From assembly GCA_964016885.1 (NCBI GenBank), contig OZ024760.1, positions 9,672,001 to 9,736,000 on the forward strand: 64,000 nt of DNA, written 5' to 3'. Of the stretch, positions 63,611-64,000 are shown piece by piece. The translations under genes and the position numbers were made by a program. Every line of letters starts with the position of its first letter. Position 1 is the stretch's first letter. Source of the stretch: Eledone cirrhosa (taxonomy: Eukaryota). The notes under the pieces are model-generated. The model ran no database searches, was not told the DNA's origin, and saw nothing but the letters and a program-made list of their open reading frames with translations.

Positions 63611-64000
63611 CCCACTTATTACTGGGAGATTCATTGGAGAAAAAAATCCCCAAATGCTCCTCCTAGTGGGTCTTGTCAGAAGCAAGCATCTCCAACTGAT
63701 CCAGCTGGGTCCCCAAACAAAACTAATCAAGGTCATGGCTGTTATCCAACCATCTTACTCGGGGTCTGCTCCTGCATCTCCTGTTAGTTGGTTTTGCCCC
63801 TAAAATCTGTCCAGCAATTGTTTCCCTGAGATATCTCTAATATCGGAGCTGTGACACCTCAATTCGGAGAAGTAGAGCTCTCCACATGGGGCAACTCTCT
63901 AATCTCAGAGTTACACATTCTTGCAATTTCCTGTTGAATCTCCCTGAGAATTATGATAAAACTGTAGAAGAGGAAGGATATAGATTGAACCCTAGTACTG

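Noticed and set aside
63945-64000. Match to about 55722-55785 as a special duplication
   Set aside because: Best explained as another fragment of the same R4/Dong-like family cut by the window edge.

Overview
Eukaryotic, AT-rich, extremely repeat-dense non-coding DNA. The tRNA-derived SINE families and the microsatellite load resemble octopod cephalopod genomes; this is an inference from repeat families. No complete protein-coding gene is visible, and the long ORFs in the track are translations of tandem repeats or decayed transposons. The window contains: (1) two tRNA-derived SINE families with about 20 copies; (2) decayed LINEs of RTE, Jockey/CR1-like, L1/Tx1 and R4/Dong-like (RLE) type; (3) an internally deleted mariner and small MITEs; (4) more than 20 minisatellite arrays (17-139 bp units), many amplified in place from pieces of transposons, including a 6.7 kb 42-bp array; (5) one plausible minus-strand first coding exon (2895-2962, weakly PTB-like N-terminus) and a YY1/ETS promoter-like cluster at about 28.8 kb. 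The least expected signals are about 9 minimal type I hammerhead-ribozyme motifs in several unrelated small non-coding repeats (some next to foldbacks or a tRNA-like cloverleaf, consistent with Penelope-derived or retrozyme-like elements), and a TSD-flanked chimeric RTE insertion carrying an inverted copy of a locus 13 kb away. All calls were made by eye and boundaries of decayed elements are approximate.
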